Part shown: positions 24,991-38,073 of the stretch, piece by piece
How the letters are laid out: each line of letters starts with the position of its first letter
Position numbering within the stretch: position 1 is the first letter of the stretch
Origin: Strigamia acuminata
Taxonomy: Eukaryota
Assembly: GCA_949358305.1 (NCBI GenBank)
Contig: OX442314.1
Coordinates: forward strand, 30,070,001 to 30,134,000
Direction of reading: 5' to 3'
Length of the DNA stretch: 64,000 nt
The notes under the pieces: generated by a model
Told to the model about the DNA's origin: nothing
What the model saw: the letters and a program-made list of their open reading frames with translations, nothing else
The model's database searches: none
Position numbers and translations under genes: made by a program

Positions 24991-25291
24991 TTAGGTATCT
25001 TAATATGCATTTTTCAACTTCAAAAATTAAAAACCGAATCAGAAAAATTATTTTTTCCACTAAAACAAAAAAAAAAACAATCATTTTTAACATTTTCTTT
25101 TATTTCTCTCAAAATTTGCGAAAAAAACAATAAAATATTCTCTACTGTACACCAACGAACTTGTTTTAAATTTTTCTTCAAACATTCTACCGCTCTAAAA
25201 CAGTTGTTACGACATCAGACATAAATAATTGGTATAATATACAACTATAGTCAACAATTCGCGCTTGTGAGAAAGAACAAATGGATGTTGC

Positions 25292-26222
25292 TTATTTTTT
25301 CTTTGGGCTCTCGTGATTAGCCGTGATGGGGTCTTCTCTGGGATGGGGCTTGGGATGATACACGGGTCCGACGGGCGTGTGGTTTTCGTGTTGTGGCGGA
25401 TACAGGAAGTCCCGAGCGAGCGAATATGCGATTCCGAGCGTCAATGCCGAGACGACGGCGCCTTGCGCGGCGAGGCGAAGGTGGATCAGAAAAATGGAAG
25501 TTGACATCTCGCCTCGCGATCGGTATTTGTAAGCGCCATATACGCAACCGAGGACGGCTCCCGTAAGGCCTGAAAAATGGAGATTATGATTAGAAATGAT
25601 AACTTGTGGTCAATTTTTTAGGAATTCTAAATAAAAATTTAAATTATTTAGAATTTTCCACAATTTTTCACGATTTTACAGGTAAAAAATTTAATTTTCT
25701 ACGATTTTTCAGGTAAAACATTAAATTTTTCACGATTTTTCAGTAAAAAAATTTAATTTTTCCCAAATTTTTTGGTTAAAATTTGAATTTTTTACAATTT
25801 CTCAAGTAAAAAATCAAATTTTTCACAAATTTTCAGGTAAAAAATTGAATTTTTCACGATTTTTCGGCTAAAATTTTTAATTTTTTCAAAGATTTGTAAT
25901 GTAAAAATCAAAATTTCTAAATGAAATTGAATATTCCAGCAATTTTTTTCAGCAAAAATCGAATATTTTTAAATAATAAATCAATCAAAAAATTAATAAT
26001 CCAGCCCAACAACCAGAAACAAAAAAAACAAAAAAAAAACATTAACAAACTTCGTAGAAAAAAAAATAAAATTTTCCACTAACACCGACGAACCCAATTC
26101 TGATTTAACAACCTACCAATCGGCATAAATGGAAATTCCTTGGATTTCCTGGCCAATCTCCCGGTTGGCGACTCCTCTTCAGCACCGAACGATTCCTCAG
26201 TCCCTTTATCTGAATTCGACAT
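25292..26222 (-). CDS. HIGD1A: HIG1 domain family member 1-like (hypoxia-inducible mitochondrial membrane protein), 127 aa
   Basis: Exons 26222-26117 (MSNSDKG...RLARKSKEFPFMPIG) and 25569-25292 (LTGAVLGCVYGAYKYRSRGEMSTSIFLIHLRLAAQGAVVSALTLGIAYS...). Classic HIGD1 motifs. Confidence 0.9.
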
Positions 26223-26324
26223 TTTTCACTAAAAAACAAAAAAAAAAAAAGAATTAAAATCTATAATACCCAAAACCCAAAAACCCCAAAAACCACATCA
26301 ACCCTAACCCTACTTAACCCACAC

Positions 26325-26980
26325 CCGGAAGTCCCACCTGCGCATGCGCTACTCCATATACAACGGTTAACCAAAAAAGTCAATTCGTATCCATGCCCAA
26401 ACCACACAACATACCAAACAAACGACAAACACTTTCACTTTGCACACCCAACCGACTTCCAACCTAACAAATACACAAATAGGCTTATCTATCGGCTTAT
26501 GTAATACTAGCCATGCATAATGCAATTAACTCTTTTTCTTACATCAAAACATAAATCTTTATAAATATTTTAGAAAAAAAAATACTTACCGAATATTAAA
26601 CTTAAAATTTCTATGCGAAAAGACGTTAAAGCGCGGCAAGTGAGCTCGGGACCGAAGGACTTGTGAATGACAGACGCCTCACGGACCCTACTTCCTTTAA
26701 GCCAAGCGAGTCGGACGATTTCAAGAAATACCCGGAAGTTGATTGTGGTTCTGAGAACTTTGGAGGAGGAAAACCCGTTTTTAGTGACGGTTGTTTTGTT
26801 GGACCAATGGGGTGAGTTTATCGTCGGCCATTGCGATTACGTAATTAAGTTTGATTACTGGCTGCGCTGCTCCCCGTCACGTGTTTCCACTTTATAAACA
26901 TGGAACTGTGATATTTACGGTGGAATAATTGCGTTGCTTATTTGTTTTGTGTTGCGAAGAATTGTTCGTCATACGGGTAA
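26325..26980. promoter_or_regulatory. Probable shared (bidirectional) promoter region of HIGD1 (-) and STK11IP (+)
   Basis: Head-to-head genes. CCGGAAGT (ETS-type) at 26325 and ~26732; TGCGCATGCGC (NRF1/Ewg-type) at 26339. Opposing 5'-UTR splice donors near 26589 (-) and 26977 (+). Confidence 0.5.
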
Positions 26981-27141
26981 GCGATCGGTGGGTGTGGGGA
27001 TGTAGATTTCTGAGAAATTGGCGAGGTTTTAGTGGGAAAATCGTTCAGTTTTTACCGTCGTCGTGCGGAAATGATGATGAATAATAAAATGTTGTAAAGT
27101 TGATTAGTTTGAATTAATTGTTTTTGGTTTTTAGGTTCTTG

Positions 27142-30100
27142 ATGAATGAAATGAAGATGGATTTTGACATATCTGAAAGCCAGGGCAAAGCAATCTCACT
27201 ATTAGTGCGTCTGTTGAAGAATAACGGTGAAATTTCAAAAAAATATCGAAAAAATTCGAAAAAGCAAGAAAAAACTCGAAATAAATTCGAAAAAATTCGA
27301 AAAATCAAGAAAAAACTCGAAAAATATTCGAAAAACACGAAAAAAAATTTAAAAAACTAGAATAAAATCGAATAAAATCGAAAAAACTTGAAAAAACTTG
27401 AAAAATTTCGAAAAAAACAAAAAAAATTTAATGTAAAAAACTCAAATTTTAATTTTTTACAATTTTTTAAATTCTAGGCGACAAAATTTTGTCCGGTTCC
27501 ACCAAGCTATCATTGACCACATCTGTCCTGCACGTAATCAACGAAGGTTTTTCGTACATCGTCGATGAAAATTCGGACAAATCATTTCACGTTCAGACCA
27601 TTTCCGTTATGGAAAACGCGGTCTACGAGAATTTGATTTATTTATACGATTTCATCCAAAAAACGATCTGCCTAAAGGTTTGAAACAAGTCTAAAACAAA
27701 GCTCCGAACACCTCAATAACGAATTAACTCCATTTATAGATCACCCACGGTATAACGACGCTCCAAAATGTCATCAACTTGACAAATTTCAAACATTTGC
27801 AAGTTCTAGAGCTAAAAAAAGTACCAAGTCACATGATAATCGGCCTAAAACACCTCCGATATCGACTAACAACCTTCTTTTGTAGCAGATGTTTAAATAA
27901 ATTACAAGTAACATTATCAAAACCATTTTAATCGCAAAAAAACCATTAAAAATTGGCCTTTTTAGGACATTTTTGAAGTTTGCGGTGCAGACCGATCCGA
28001 TGCCCAACCTTGGCCGATGCTTAGAGTCGTAATACTTAGTTATAACAACCTAGAACTCCTCGATAAGTCTTTAGTACGTAAAAAAAATGCATTTATCGTG
28101 AAATAAATGACAATTTCCGAATTTATTTCAAGATGCTGCTACCAAATCTCGAAGTATTTGATCTGAGTCATAACAGTATACGTAATACAACGTATATTGA
28201 GGTAAAATACGTCTAAAACTATCACAATAATTGTAAAATATTATTTTTTAAAGTTGATTTTATTTGATCATTTCAGTGCCTTAGTAAAATAAGATGGCTG
28301 AATCTGAGTTTCAACCATCTGCACGCACTTCCGGTTTTTAGCGGTCAAACTATTCCGCATCTCAAAGTTCTGAATTTAAGAAACAACAACTTAGAGGACT
28401 TGGAAGGTATATTTTAAATATTAATTTAGGTAATTAGGTGTAAAATACAACCGATAAGTATCGCGATAAGGATTTGTGTACCTTTTTATGTATGTTGTAA
28501 CCCATTTTCGGTGCAAATGTTGGATTAAACTGATAAAATCGTGACTTAATGCAATGTTTTTCCAATTATTTACAGATTTACGTCAGCTAGAGCACCTAGA
28601 AGAACTCGATTTAGGATACAACTGTCTGATTCAACACGAACAACTCGCGCCGTTGAACTTCTTAAAACATCTAAAAATAGTAAAAAATTAAAAAAAATCA
28701 AAATTTCTCAATAAAAACGTATTTTAATGATGATAATCGTTTATTTTTAGCTATGTTTGGATGGAAACCCATTGTATTTTCACATTAATCATCGAAAATT
28801 GACGTCACAGTTTCTCAATCCGAATGTTAGAGACCCCAAAGTGCGTTTTTTATTCGTTTATTTCATTTTTTGGTGATGTTTTATTGGTTTTTTTATATTT
28901 TTTATTTGTAGTTTATGTTGGATGGTAAATTCCTGACTCAGAAAGAAATTCTGGTGAGTATTAGCGATAATATGAAACGGGTCAAAAGTTTATCTCGTGT
29001 GCGATAATGGCGTCGTGTTTAATCAGATAAACGGAGATTTGTGTCAGGCACAAACTTTCACAAATTGCAAAGTGTTGACTCTGTTGAGAGTATCATAGCG
29101 AGATTTTTTTAGATGTTTTAGTGATGGATACGTGGGCTAATTTAGCTTATACGCAATCTTTTGTTTCTGTACAGCACGGGAAACGGTTTGAAGCACCGGT
29201 TGCTTTTCGGTCGCCACCCGGTAGCAGTTTTGAGAACTCGTTTAATTCGTTTTCTCAAGATTCGAATGAGACGAACCTTGAGAACTCGATTATATCGATT
29301 AATTCTACTACGAGTAAAAGGAAGGAAAAACCATTGATTAGGGAAGTTAATATCGAGGATGAAACGTTTACGGAGGAAATTTCGGTACCAGAACCAAGTA
29401 AGTGATGAAACGAATTTTAAAAAATTCGTAAACAATTCAAAAATTAATTTTAAAAAAAATCAAAATAAATTCAAAAGAAATCCAAAAAATTCAAAATGAA
29501 TTCAAATAATTCAAAATAAATCCAAAAAATTCAAAATAAATTCAAATAATTCAAAAGAAATCCAAAAAATTCAAAAGAAATTCAAATAATTCAAAAGAAA
29601 TCCAAATAAACTCACAAAAATGCATAAAAAATTTAAAGAAACTCACAAAAATGCATAAAAAATTTAAAGAAACTCACAAAAATGCATAAAAAATTTATAG
29701 AAACTCGCAAAAATGCATAAAAAATACAAAGAAACTAATTTGATTAAACGTTTTCCTCTCCAGACGTTAATTTGGAGCATTTAAAAATCAAAACCAAGGT
29801 CGAAAATCTCCGTAAAGAACGTGGAAATAATTGGCTCGTCGGTAGTTTGCGATCAGAGGATGAATTCCCCGCCCAGAGAATGTTTATTGACAATTCCAAC
29901 AAAGAAAAAGACGACTTAAGTTGTAACGGTGCGAGTAGTGATAACGAATACGGCCAAACAGGAGATTCGGGACATCGAAATGTCGAAATTTGTGCGCAGG
30001 TTCATCAGGAATTGGAATCTGATAGCGATCAGGAAGAGATAGCGAAGGAAAACGATTATTTCATAGAGAATTGCTACTCGGATAACGACGATGACTGTGA

Positions 30101-33100
30101 CACACGTAATGTCGAGATAAAAGTTGATTTTTTTTCAGAATTTAATTTGGAATTATTGTTTGGTTTAGTCGAGGAACATTTCATCGTCGATTGCCATAGC
30201 AACGGACAAGTTTCTGAATTATTTCTTTCGATTCGGAACGATAAAATGACGGAAAGGGATTCGCTGACCGGGCGGACTTTAGATCGTTTCGATCTTAAGA
30301 GTTTGCTGAGTGTGGAGGAAATTGTGAGGATTATTTTTGGGTTTTGAATTTTATTTTATTATTTTTTTAAAAAATATTTTTCAGCCGAATTTGAAGTTCG
30401 GGATGCGAGTTACGTTCGATTTCATTCGTAAGGATCGCAGGGAGAGGATTTATACTTTGGAAGATGAAGAACACAGAAAAGTGAATGGAAAAATAAGATT
30501 ATATGAATTTAAAATTGATTTTTGATATTTTTTTTGGTTAATTTTTAGACGTTTTTAAGTTTGTTACAGCCGAGCGTCGATGCGAGGGTGTTAAAAGATG
30601 CAACTTTGGGTGCATTTCAGGTAATTTGTCAGTTATAATGGAAAAATGTGTGAAAATACAGAAATGTTATTACGTACTTCATAAATGTATACCGGTACTA
30701 GGGTTTCGATACCGGGAAACTGGGGTACTGATTTCCCGGGAATCCCGTTGAGAAATCACGGTACTGGGAACCGGGAAATTGGACAAAAACCGGTTCCGTC
30801 AAAAATTCGTTGCTAAAACGTCATTTTCATCATTGAAACGTTACAAAATGTAACGTTTCAATGATGAAAATGGCCATTTTGAACGAAAAATAGCTACAAA
30901 TGGTCATTGTTAACGAAAAATGGTTAAAGACGGCCATTTTTGATCCAAAACGGCCATTTTTAACGAAAAATGGCTATTTTTAACGAAAAATGGCTATTTT
31001 TAACGAAAAATGGCTATTTTTAACGAAAAATGGCTATTTTTAACGAAAAATGACTATTTTTAACGAAAAATGGCTATTTTTCACGAAAAACGGCCATTTT
31101 TGACGGAAAACGGCCATTCTTGACGAAAAACGGCCACTTTTGATAGAAAATGGCCATTTTTACCATGAAAAAAGGCTAGAAATGGCTAAAAATGGCCATT
31201 TTTGACAAAAAACGGCCATTTTTTGTCATTTTTTGTTGCCTTTCGCCTGACCTTTTTTGGTCCCGGGAGTACCGATTTCCCGGGAGTATCGGCTATTTTG
31301 GTACCGGGAACCGGGAATTTTAAAAAGGCGGAAAAACAGAAACCCTAACTGGTATGGTGTGTAAGCTGTGTAGCCCGGACATAGGACGGGTCCCAAAAAA
31401 ATGTCCAGTTTCAGTTTGTATAGCATGCTTTCTGGTCCAGACCAATTTCACGGGTCCAGACTAGAGAGAGTTAAAAAAATAAATAAATACAATCAGTTTG
31501 GTTGTAATTTTTGAATAAAAAATCAGAGTATATCTGATTTTCTATTGAAAGAAGCGATAAAAATAATTAGAAACACTAAAAATTAAATTAAAAATTAATT
31601 TATTGCCAGGATCACAAGGGTTGAAAACCAAAATTTGCGTTAAAAGCAGTGTTGTATCGAACGAGAACTAATAGTTCGCGTTCGCGAACTTAGTTCGTAG
31701 TTCGCGAACTACGAACGCGAACTAGTTCCCCTTTTTGAAAGAACGGAAAAAACGAACGAAGTTCGTTTTTTTTACGCGAACTACGTTCTAGTTCGTTTCT
31801 AGTTCGTTCACCTGACGTTTTATGTCACAGCCAATCATGGACAAATTTTTTAATATTAAAGGAGTGTAATTTGATTTAATAAAACAACTTGTGATATTCT
31901 ACCCTGACAACCTGTTGCGTGTTTTATTGTTTTGGTGGATTTGGCGAATTTGCAACAATAGTTTGCCATTCAATTCCCTTTCGTAATCGTTTTTTCCGAG
32001 ATCTTGTATCGTAATATGGAAGCTGAAGCTGTGGAGTTGACCGAAATTTGTAAGAAACCAGTATATGATTCTTTCAATGATAAATTTAATTATTTAAGTG
32101 TTTGTACATTTTTTTACAGTAAATAAATGTCTTATTCAAGTATAAAATGGTGTAAATAAAAATTTGAATTCCAAAAAAAAATGTGTGTAAAGTGAATTGA
32201 ACTATTGTTTAAAGTTCGCGAACTAGAACTTAGTTCACTTTTAGACTTTTGGGGTGAACGAGAACTAGAACTAGTTCAGTAAATTGAAAACGGTGATGAA
32301 CGCGAACTAGAACTAGTTCGCGATTTAGTGAACGTGATACAACACTGGTTAAAAGTACATAATGTGCACGTACGGTTATATATGTGTACATTACGTAACA
32401 TATGTGTACATGTAACGTATGTGCACATTTCGCAGCAGTACTTTTCGTACAAATTTTGGTTTTCAACCCTTGTGATCCTGGCATAAATTAATTTTTAATT
32501 TAATTTTTAGTGTTTCTAATTATTTTTATGCTTCTTTCATTAGAAAATTGACATTGTGGTGTATTGTCCGGAACATATAGCGATTTTTCCCGACACGGGA
32601 CGCATCGTTTTGTCCTGAGTCTGGATCTGGAAGCGGGAGCCGTCCGGACAAAAGAGCAAATTTTGCATTGCTCTATATTGATTGGATGTGGGTCCGTGCA
32701 AACCTGTCTGGACCACACAGCTGTCTGAACGGTGCTATGACCGGGCAACACTGCTTACACTTCACCAAAAATGAATAAATTTTTAAATCCAAAAATGCAT
32801 ATTTTTGCCTAAGAAACTGAACTTTTTTACATTTTTGGTCTAAAATTCATTTTTTTGTGCAAAAAAATACATTTTTAGTATTATTTAGTAAATAAAAAAT
32901 TCATTTCCGTGCATAAATACATTATTTTGCATGATTTATGTGGAATATTGTTTATACACCATAAACAAAAATATTTTTTTTTCAGAAGTAACCTTAACTT
33001 GCATACAAAAATAGCATCTAACCTCATTAAAATTATTTCAGTGTTTGGCATGTAATGCGCAATTCTCTAAAGACGTCGCCAAATTGAAATTACACACCAA

Positions 33101-36100
33101 CAAAGCGGCCGTCAAATGCGAAAACGGAAAATCTAAAGGTTTCAAAAAAAATTTAAAAAAAAAGAACATTTCACCAAAATACCAAAAATTTATTTCTCAG
33201 ATCTCCTAACCGAAGTGAACGCCTGCCCCAACTGCGACAGCGTCATAATAATCGAGCTCGACGAAGAACTCTTATCTCAACATGGCGAAACGAGTCCAAA
33301 AACCGACAAAAACATCGCAAAACCCCAAAGAAGCGCAACAAACACAAACTTAATAAACAAAACGTTCGCCGAGATTACCACGCATTCCTATTCCTACCCC
33401 TCGACTCCCGAGCGCGGTCGGAAGCATCCGACGCTCGAGAACCTGCACAAACAATTCGACGAACGCAAAATTCGTAGTTCGGATAACACTCCGCTGTCGC
33501 AATCTCCGAGCAGCTTCAAATTGGATTTGTATCGCGAGGAGCGCGAGGAATCTGTGGCGAAGATCAGCGAAGATAGTGTCGAGGAGTCTTTGGCGATGTT
33601 TCGGTCGTTTGATGAAGTCGGCAGGTCAAGAAAGCGGTCGGAATGTTCGAGAAGCGAGGAGCGGGAGGGGAAATTGAGTTGCGAACGACGTTTTAGTATT
33701 CCGATCGTTGGTCCGGTGATGAGTCGCAGTGAGAGCGATGTTACTATTTTGAGTAATCCCAGTCAGAGCAGTATTTCTGTATTGTCGACACCGTCGGGGG
33801 ATCAGACGGAGGAGAATGATGAGTTGCAGAAGTGAATTTATGATTGTTTTTCATTGGGGTTCATTGGCTAAAAATTGAATTGTTTGGCTAAAAATTGAAT
33901 TGTTTGGCTAAAAATTGAATTGTTTGGCTAAAAAATGAATTTTTTTGGCTAAAAATTGAATTTTTTTGGCTAAAAATTGAATTTTTTTGGCTAAAAATTG
34001 AATTTTTTTGGCTAAAAATTGAATTTTTTTGGCTAAAAATTGAATTTTTTTGGCTAAAAATTGAATTTTTTTGGCTAAAAATTGAATTTTTTTGGCTAAA
34101 AATTGAATTTTTTTGGCTAAAAATTGAATTGTTTGGCTAAAAATTGAATTGTTTGGCTAAAAATTGAATTGTTTGGCTAAAAATTGAATTGTTTGGCTAA
34201 AAATTGAATTGTTTGGCTTAAAATTGAATTGTTTGGCTAAAAATTGAATTGTTTGGCTAAAAATTAAATTTTTTTGGCTAAAAATTGAATTTTTTTGGCT
34301 AAAAATTGAATTGTTTGGCTAAAAATTGAGTTGTTTGGCTAAAAATTGAATTGTTTGGCTAAAAATTGAATTGTTTGGCTAAAAATTGAATTGTTTGGCT
34401 AAAAATTGAATTGTTTGGCTAAAAATTGAATTTTTTTGGCTAAAAATTGAATTGTTTAGCTAAAAATTGAATTTTTTTGGCTAAAAATTGAATTGTTTGG
34501 CTAAAAATTGAATTTTTTTGGCTAAAAATTGAATTTTTTTGGCTAAAAAATGAATTTTTTTGGCTAAAAATTGAATTTTTTTGGCTAAAAATTGAATTTT
34601 TTGGCTAAAAATTGAATTTTTTGGCTAAAAATTGAATTGTTTGGCTAAAAATTGAATTGTTTGGCTAAAAATTGAATTTTTTTGGCTAAAAATTGAATTT
34701 TTTTGGCTAAAAATTGAATTTTTTTGGCTAAAAATTGAATTTTTTTGGCTAAAAATTGAATTTTTTTGGCTAAAAATTGAATTGTTTGGCTAAAAATTGA
34801 ATTGTTTGGCTAAAAATTGAATTGTTTGGCTAAAAATTGAATTGTTTGGCTTAAAATTGAATTGTTTGGCTAAAAATTGAATTGTTTGGCTAAAAATTGA
34901 ATTGTTTGGCTAAAAATTGAATTGTTTGGCTAAAAATTGAATTGTTTGGCTTAAAATTGAATTGTTTGGCTAAAAATTGAATTGTTTGGCTAAAAATTGA
35001 ATTGTTTGGCTAAAAATTGAATTGTTTGGCTAAAAATTGAATTGTTTGGCTAAAAATTGAATTGTTTAAATAAAAATTGAATTGTTTGGCTAAAAATTGA
35101 ATTTTTTTGGCTAAAAATTGAATTGTTTAGCTAAAAATTGAATTTTTTTGGCTAAAAATTGAATTGTTTGGCTAAAAATTGAATTTTTTTGGCTAAAAAT
35201 TGAATTTTTTTGGCTAAAAATTGAATTGTTTGGCTAAAAATTGAATTGTTTGGCTAAAAATTGAATTGTTTGGCTAAAAATTGAATTTTTTTGGCTAAAA
35301 ATTGAATTTTTTGGCTAAAAATTGAATTGTTTGGCTAAAAATTGAATTTTTTGGCTAAAAATTGAATTTTTTGGCTAAAAATTGAATTTTTTGGCTAAAA
35401 ATTGAATTTTTTGGCTAAAAATTGAATTTTTTGGCTAAAAATTGAATTTTTTGGCTAAAAATTGAATTTTTTAGCTTAATAACTGAATTTTCTTTCCTAA
35501 TCACAGATTTGATTCATCATTTCCTTTCGAAACTCGCCTCGACAGTCGTCAAAGCAACTCCTCAGGTTTATCCAAACAAACCCCTCCTTAAATCCCCTTG
35601 AACTAACAACAATTTATCCCACACAGTTACCGGTTCGTATTCAAGCTCATCCACAGTCGGCCGCAGCTTATACGACGCCATGTCCAGCACGCCATCCGTC
35701 GACGGACGAAACACTTATCGTCTACAAATGAACGCATCGAACGACAGTATCCTCGCGTCAGACCTAACCGAGAACTTCTCGGATCCCGTCGACAACGACG
35801 AGCGTAAATCGCTGATAACAGACATCGTGCAAAGCAACGCAATCAGATATTCCTACGCCGACTTCGCACAAATCGACCACAAAATCCAACTCCATCTCGA
35901 TTTAAACGTGTTCGACGCCGGCGAGGAGTTCAAGTTAATCCTAAAGGTAACCTCGACACCATTTTTGCCGCCATTTTTAAATACATTTCCTCACAACTCC
36001 ACAGGCAAACATCATCACATCAAAACTAATCGACGTGCCCGCGTTATTCATCATTTCGAACAAGAATTTCTACATAATGAAAATAACCGGCGAAGAAACG

Positions 36101-37276
36101 TAATAAAAAAAAATGCCCCCCCGTCTGCCCCCCCTTCGCCTCAACCATAATTAAATAAAATGAATTTTTTTTTCTATTCTTAACAGCGTGGAGCCGTCAA
36201 AATGGCTGCAGAAAATCGACATTAAACATATTTCGCAGTTGAAAACGATCCGGCAACACTTGGGTTATCAAGGCATTTTGATGGAGTTTGAAAAGCCGAA
36301 TAAAAACAATTATTTCGTGTTGTTGCGCGACTCCGAGCGGTGTAAACGGTTCATCAAGCAGTTGCTAAGTGAGGTTTATCGCGTTTGGTTGTTGATTTGT
36401 GCTTGACAATTGTTGCTTTTGAAGGTTTGTACGAGTCGATGAACTTGACGGTTGGAATAAGCGAACCACTGGATAATTTATTAGATAGTTTAACGATGAA
36501 ATTGAACGACAAATGCAAGAGTTTTGACTGCGGCGATCAAGTGTATATTTTGTTGTATATTTTAGGCTTTTGCAAGAGCAAGGACAAAGGTACGATGTTT
36601 TTTTATTATTTCGGGAGATTATACGCGAGATTGCGCGAGATTTGGTGATTTTTAGTGTAAAACTGCGCCCAAGCCACAAAAAACATGAAACAGGCACCAG
36701 GCTCTACGGAGGCTGGGTAGTAACAATCAAAATTAATTTAAAATAGCGTCTAAAATCGAGATTTTTACGTGGTATTGCGTTTTTGCAAGATTTCAGCATT
36801 TGCGATGTTGCTATTGATTTAATTTGTTATTAATTCGTGATTTTTTAAAATTATTAATAATTATAGGGAACCAGTACGAGCCCGTTTCGTTTGTGGTGAC
36901 CAAACAGTGCGTTTTTGTGTTATCGGAGAATTATCAATTCCATTTGAATCATTCAAAGAACGAGAACGTTTTCCACGTTATCCATCATCAAAACATTGTT
37001 TCGCTAACTGGAATGGTGAGTTTAAATAACGGACAAATATTTTGAAAGTATTTTTTAAAAATTAAATGTTTTTGTTAGATGTTAAACGAGAATAATGCGT
37101 GCGAAGCAAAATTGCCGTTTTTTAACGAAGACACGGGCGAGAACTCCGAGTGGTCCGTTCTCATGGAGACGGAAAAATCGTTGAATTTGTTTGTCGACAC
37201 GGTTCAAGAATCTTGGAAGAAAATTTACCACGTCGATTTACCTATAGAGAATTCATCAGAATTTCTAACTAATTAA
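27142..37276 (+). CDS. STK11IP: Serine/threonine-protein kinase 11-interacting protein (LIP1 N-terminal domain, LRRs, C-terminal domains), multi-exon
   Basis: Exon 27142-27226 splices to 27478 (LLKNNG|DKILSGSTKLSLTT, compare STK11IP LLRESGDVVLSGCSTLSLLT). LRR exons at 27740-28950 (LRVVILSYNNL, LNLSFNHL, LNLRNNNL, LDLGYNCL, LCLDGNPL). Also CPNCDS and SQSSISVL motifs. Last exon 37079-37276. Not every internal exon boundary was verified. Confidence 0.85.
30699..31347. mobile_element. hAT-like MITE with an internal 20-bp tandem array
   Basis: TIRs TAGGGTTTC / GAAACCCTA; 8-bp TSD ACCGGTAC/ACTGGTAT (6 of 8). Confidence 0.7.
31358..32760. mobile_element. Nested TIR elements: outer IR pair plus an inner ~90-bp IR pair (31548-31637 / 32450-32539)
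   Basis: GTGTAAGCTGTGTAGCCCGG versus CCGGGCAACACTGCTTACAC; inner long inverted repeat read directly. Confidence 0.6.
31647..32347. mobile_element. hAT-type MITE (innermost), with GAACTAGTTC subterminal repeats
   Basis: TIRs CAGTGTTGTATC / GATACAACACTG; perfect 8-bp TSD GTTAAAAG. Confidence 0.85.
33864..35475. repeat. 1.6-kb intronic minisatellite, 20-21-bp unit TTGGCTAAAAATTGAATT(GT/TTT)
   Basis: About 80 copies filling one STK11IP intron. Confidence 0.95.
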
Positions 37277-37924
37277 TGATTAACTTTTCAGCTTTATTTC
37301 GAGATTAAATTAAATGTTTGTACCGTTAATATCGATGTAAATGTTGCAGTTCTATTACAAAATATGTACATGTTGAATGTAAAAAAAAATAATAATTATT
37401 TTTGCTAGGCATTTTTCTAATTTTTGCCAAAAAAAGGTACGAAATAAATGTTAACTTAAGACTTCCTTAGGAACAAATGTGGGCTTTGCTACTGCCCGGC
37501 ACTTTCAAACTTCGAAAATTGTAACAAAATATTTAATATTTTGGGGCCGTACTAATACAGTCGAAAGTCTTTATAACGAACCACAAGGAACCCGAAAAAT
37601 CGATTTTTAACCTGGTGTTCTATGGACTTGTCGAGAACTGCTTTTTCCTATGTAAAGTATCAAATAAACCTCATATATATTTTTTTTATATGGCCAAAAG
37701 TACAAAATGGCCTTGTGGATGCGGCCATTTATCTAAAAAATTCTAATTACTATTTATTAATAATAAGTCGTGGCTCTACCATGGCTCTACAGTATCGCAA
37801 AATGACAGCTCATTAGGCTGCCAGCAGTGGCGGATCTAGCACCCGGCTATTGGGGCTTGAGCCCCGGGTCCCCAAATTCTAGGGGGCCCCCGAGACTCTG
37901 AGCCATGTACTAAAAAAACATTAG

Positions 37925-38073
37925 TATACTCTTTCCACACTCAAGGTTGACCCTGGAAGCTGGGCTCCCATTGGCCTACTTAGAAATGCAATGCTATATA
38001 GTTACATTGCAGTTCTAAGTAGGCCAATGGGAGCCCAGCTTCCAGGGTCAACCTTAAGTGTGGAAAGAGTATA
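37925..38073. mobile_element. Fold-back (palindromic) MITE
   Basis: ~65-bp near-perfect arms TATACTCTTTCCACACT...GCAATG / CATTGC...AGTGTGGAAAGAGTATA. Confidence 0.75.

Noticed and set aside
26301..26320. Telomere-like ACCCTAACCCTA
   Set aside because: Only about two imperfect units in a C/A-rich promoter-proximal intron.
33864..35475. Possible CRISPR-like array (also considered for 57047-57162)
   Set aside because: Eukaryotic context with no cas genes. The satellite has no unique spacers, and the three-motif array is too short and varies inside the repeat.
36656..36716. Extra STK11IP exon after TTTTAG at 36655
   Set aside because: It would put TAA in frame immediately; the acceptor at ~36866 keeps phase.
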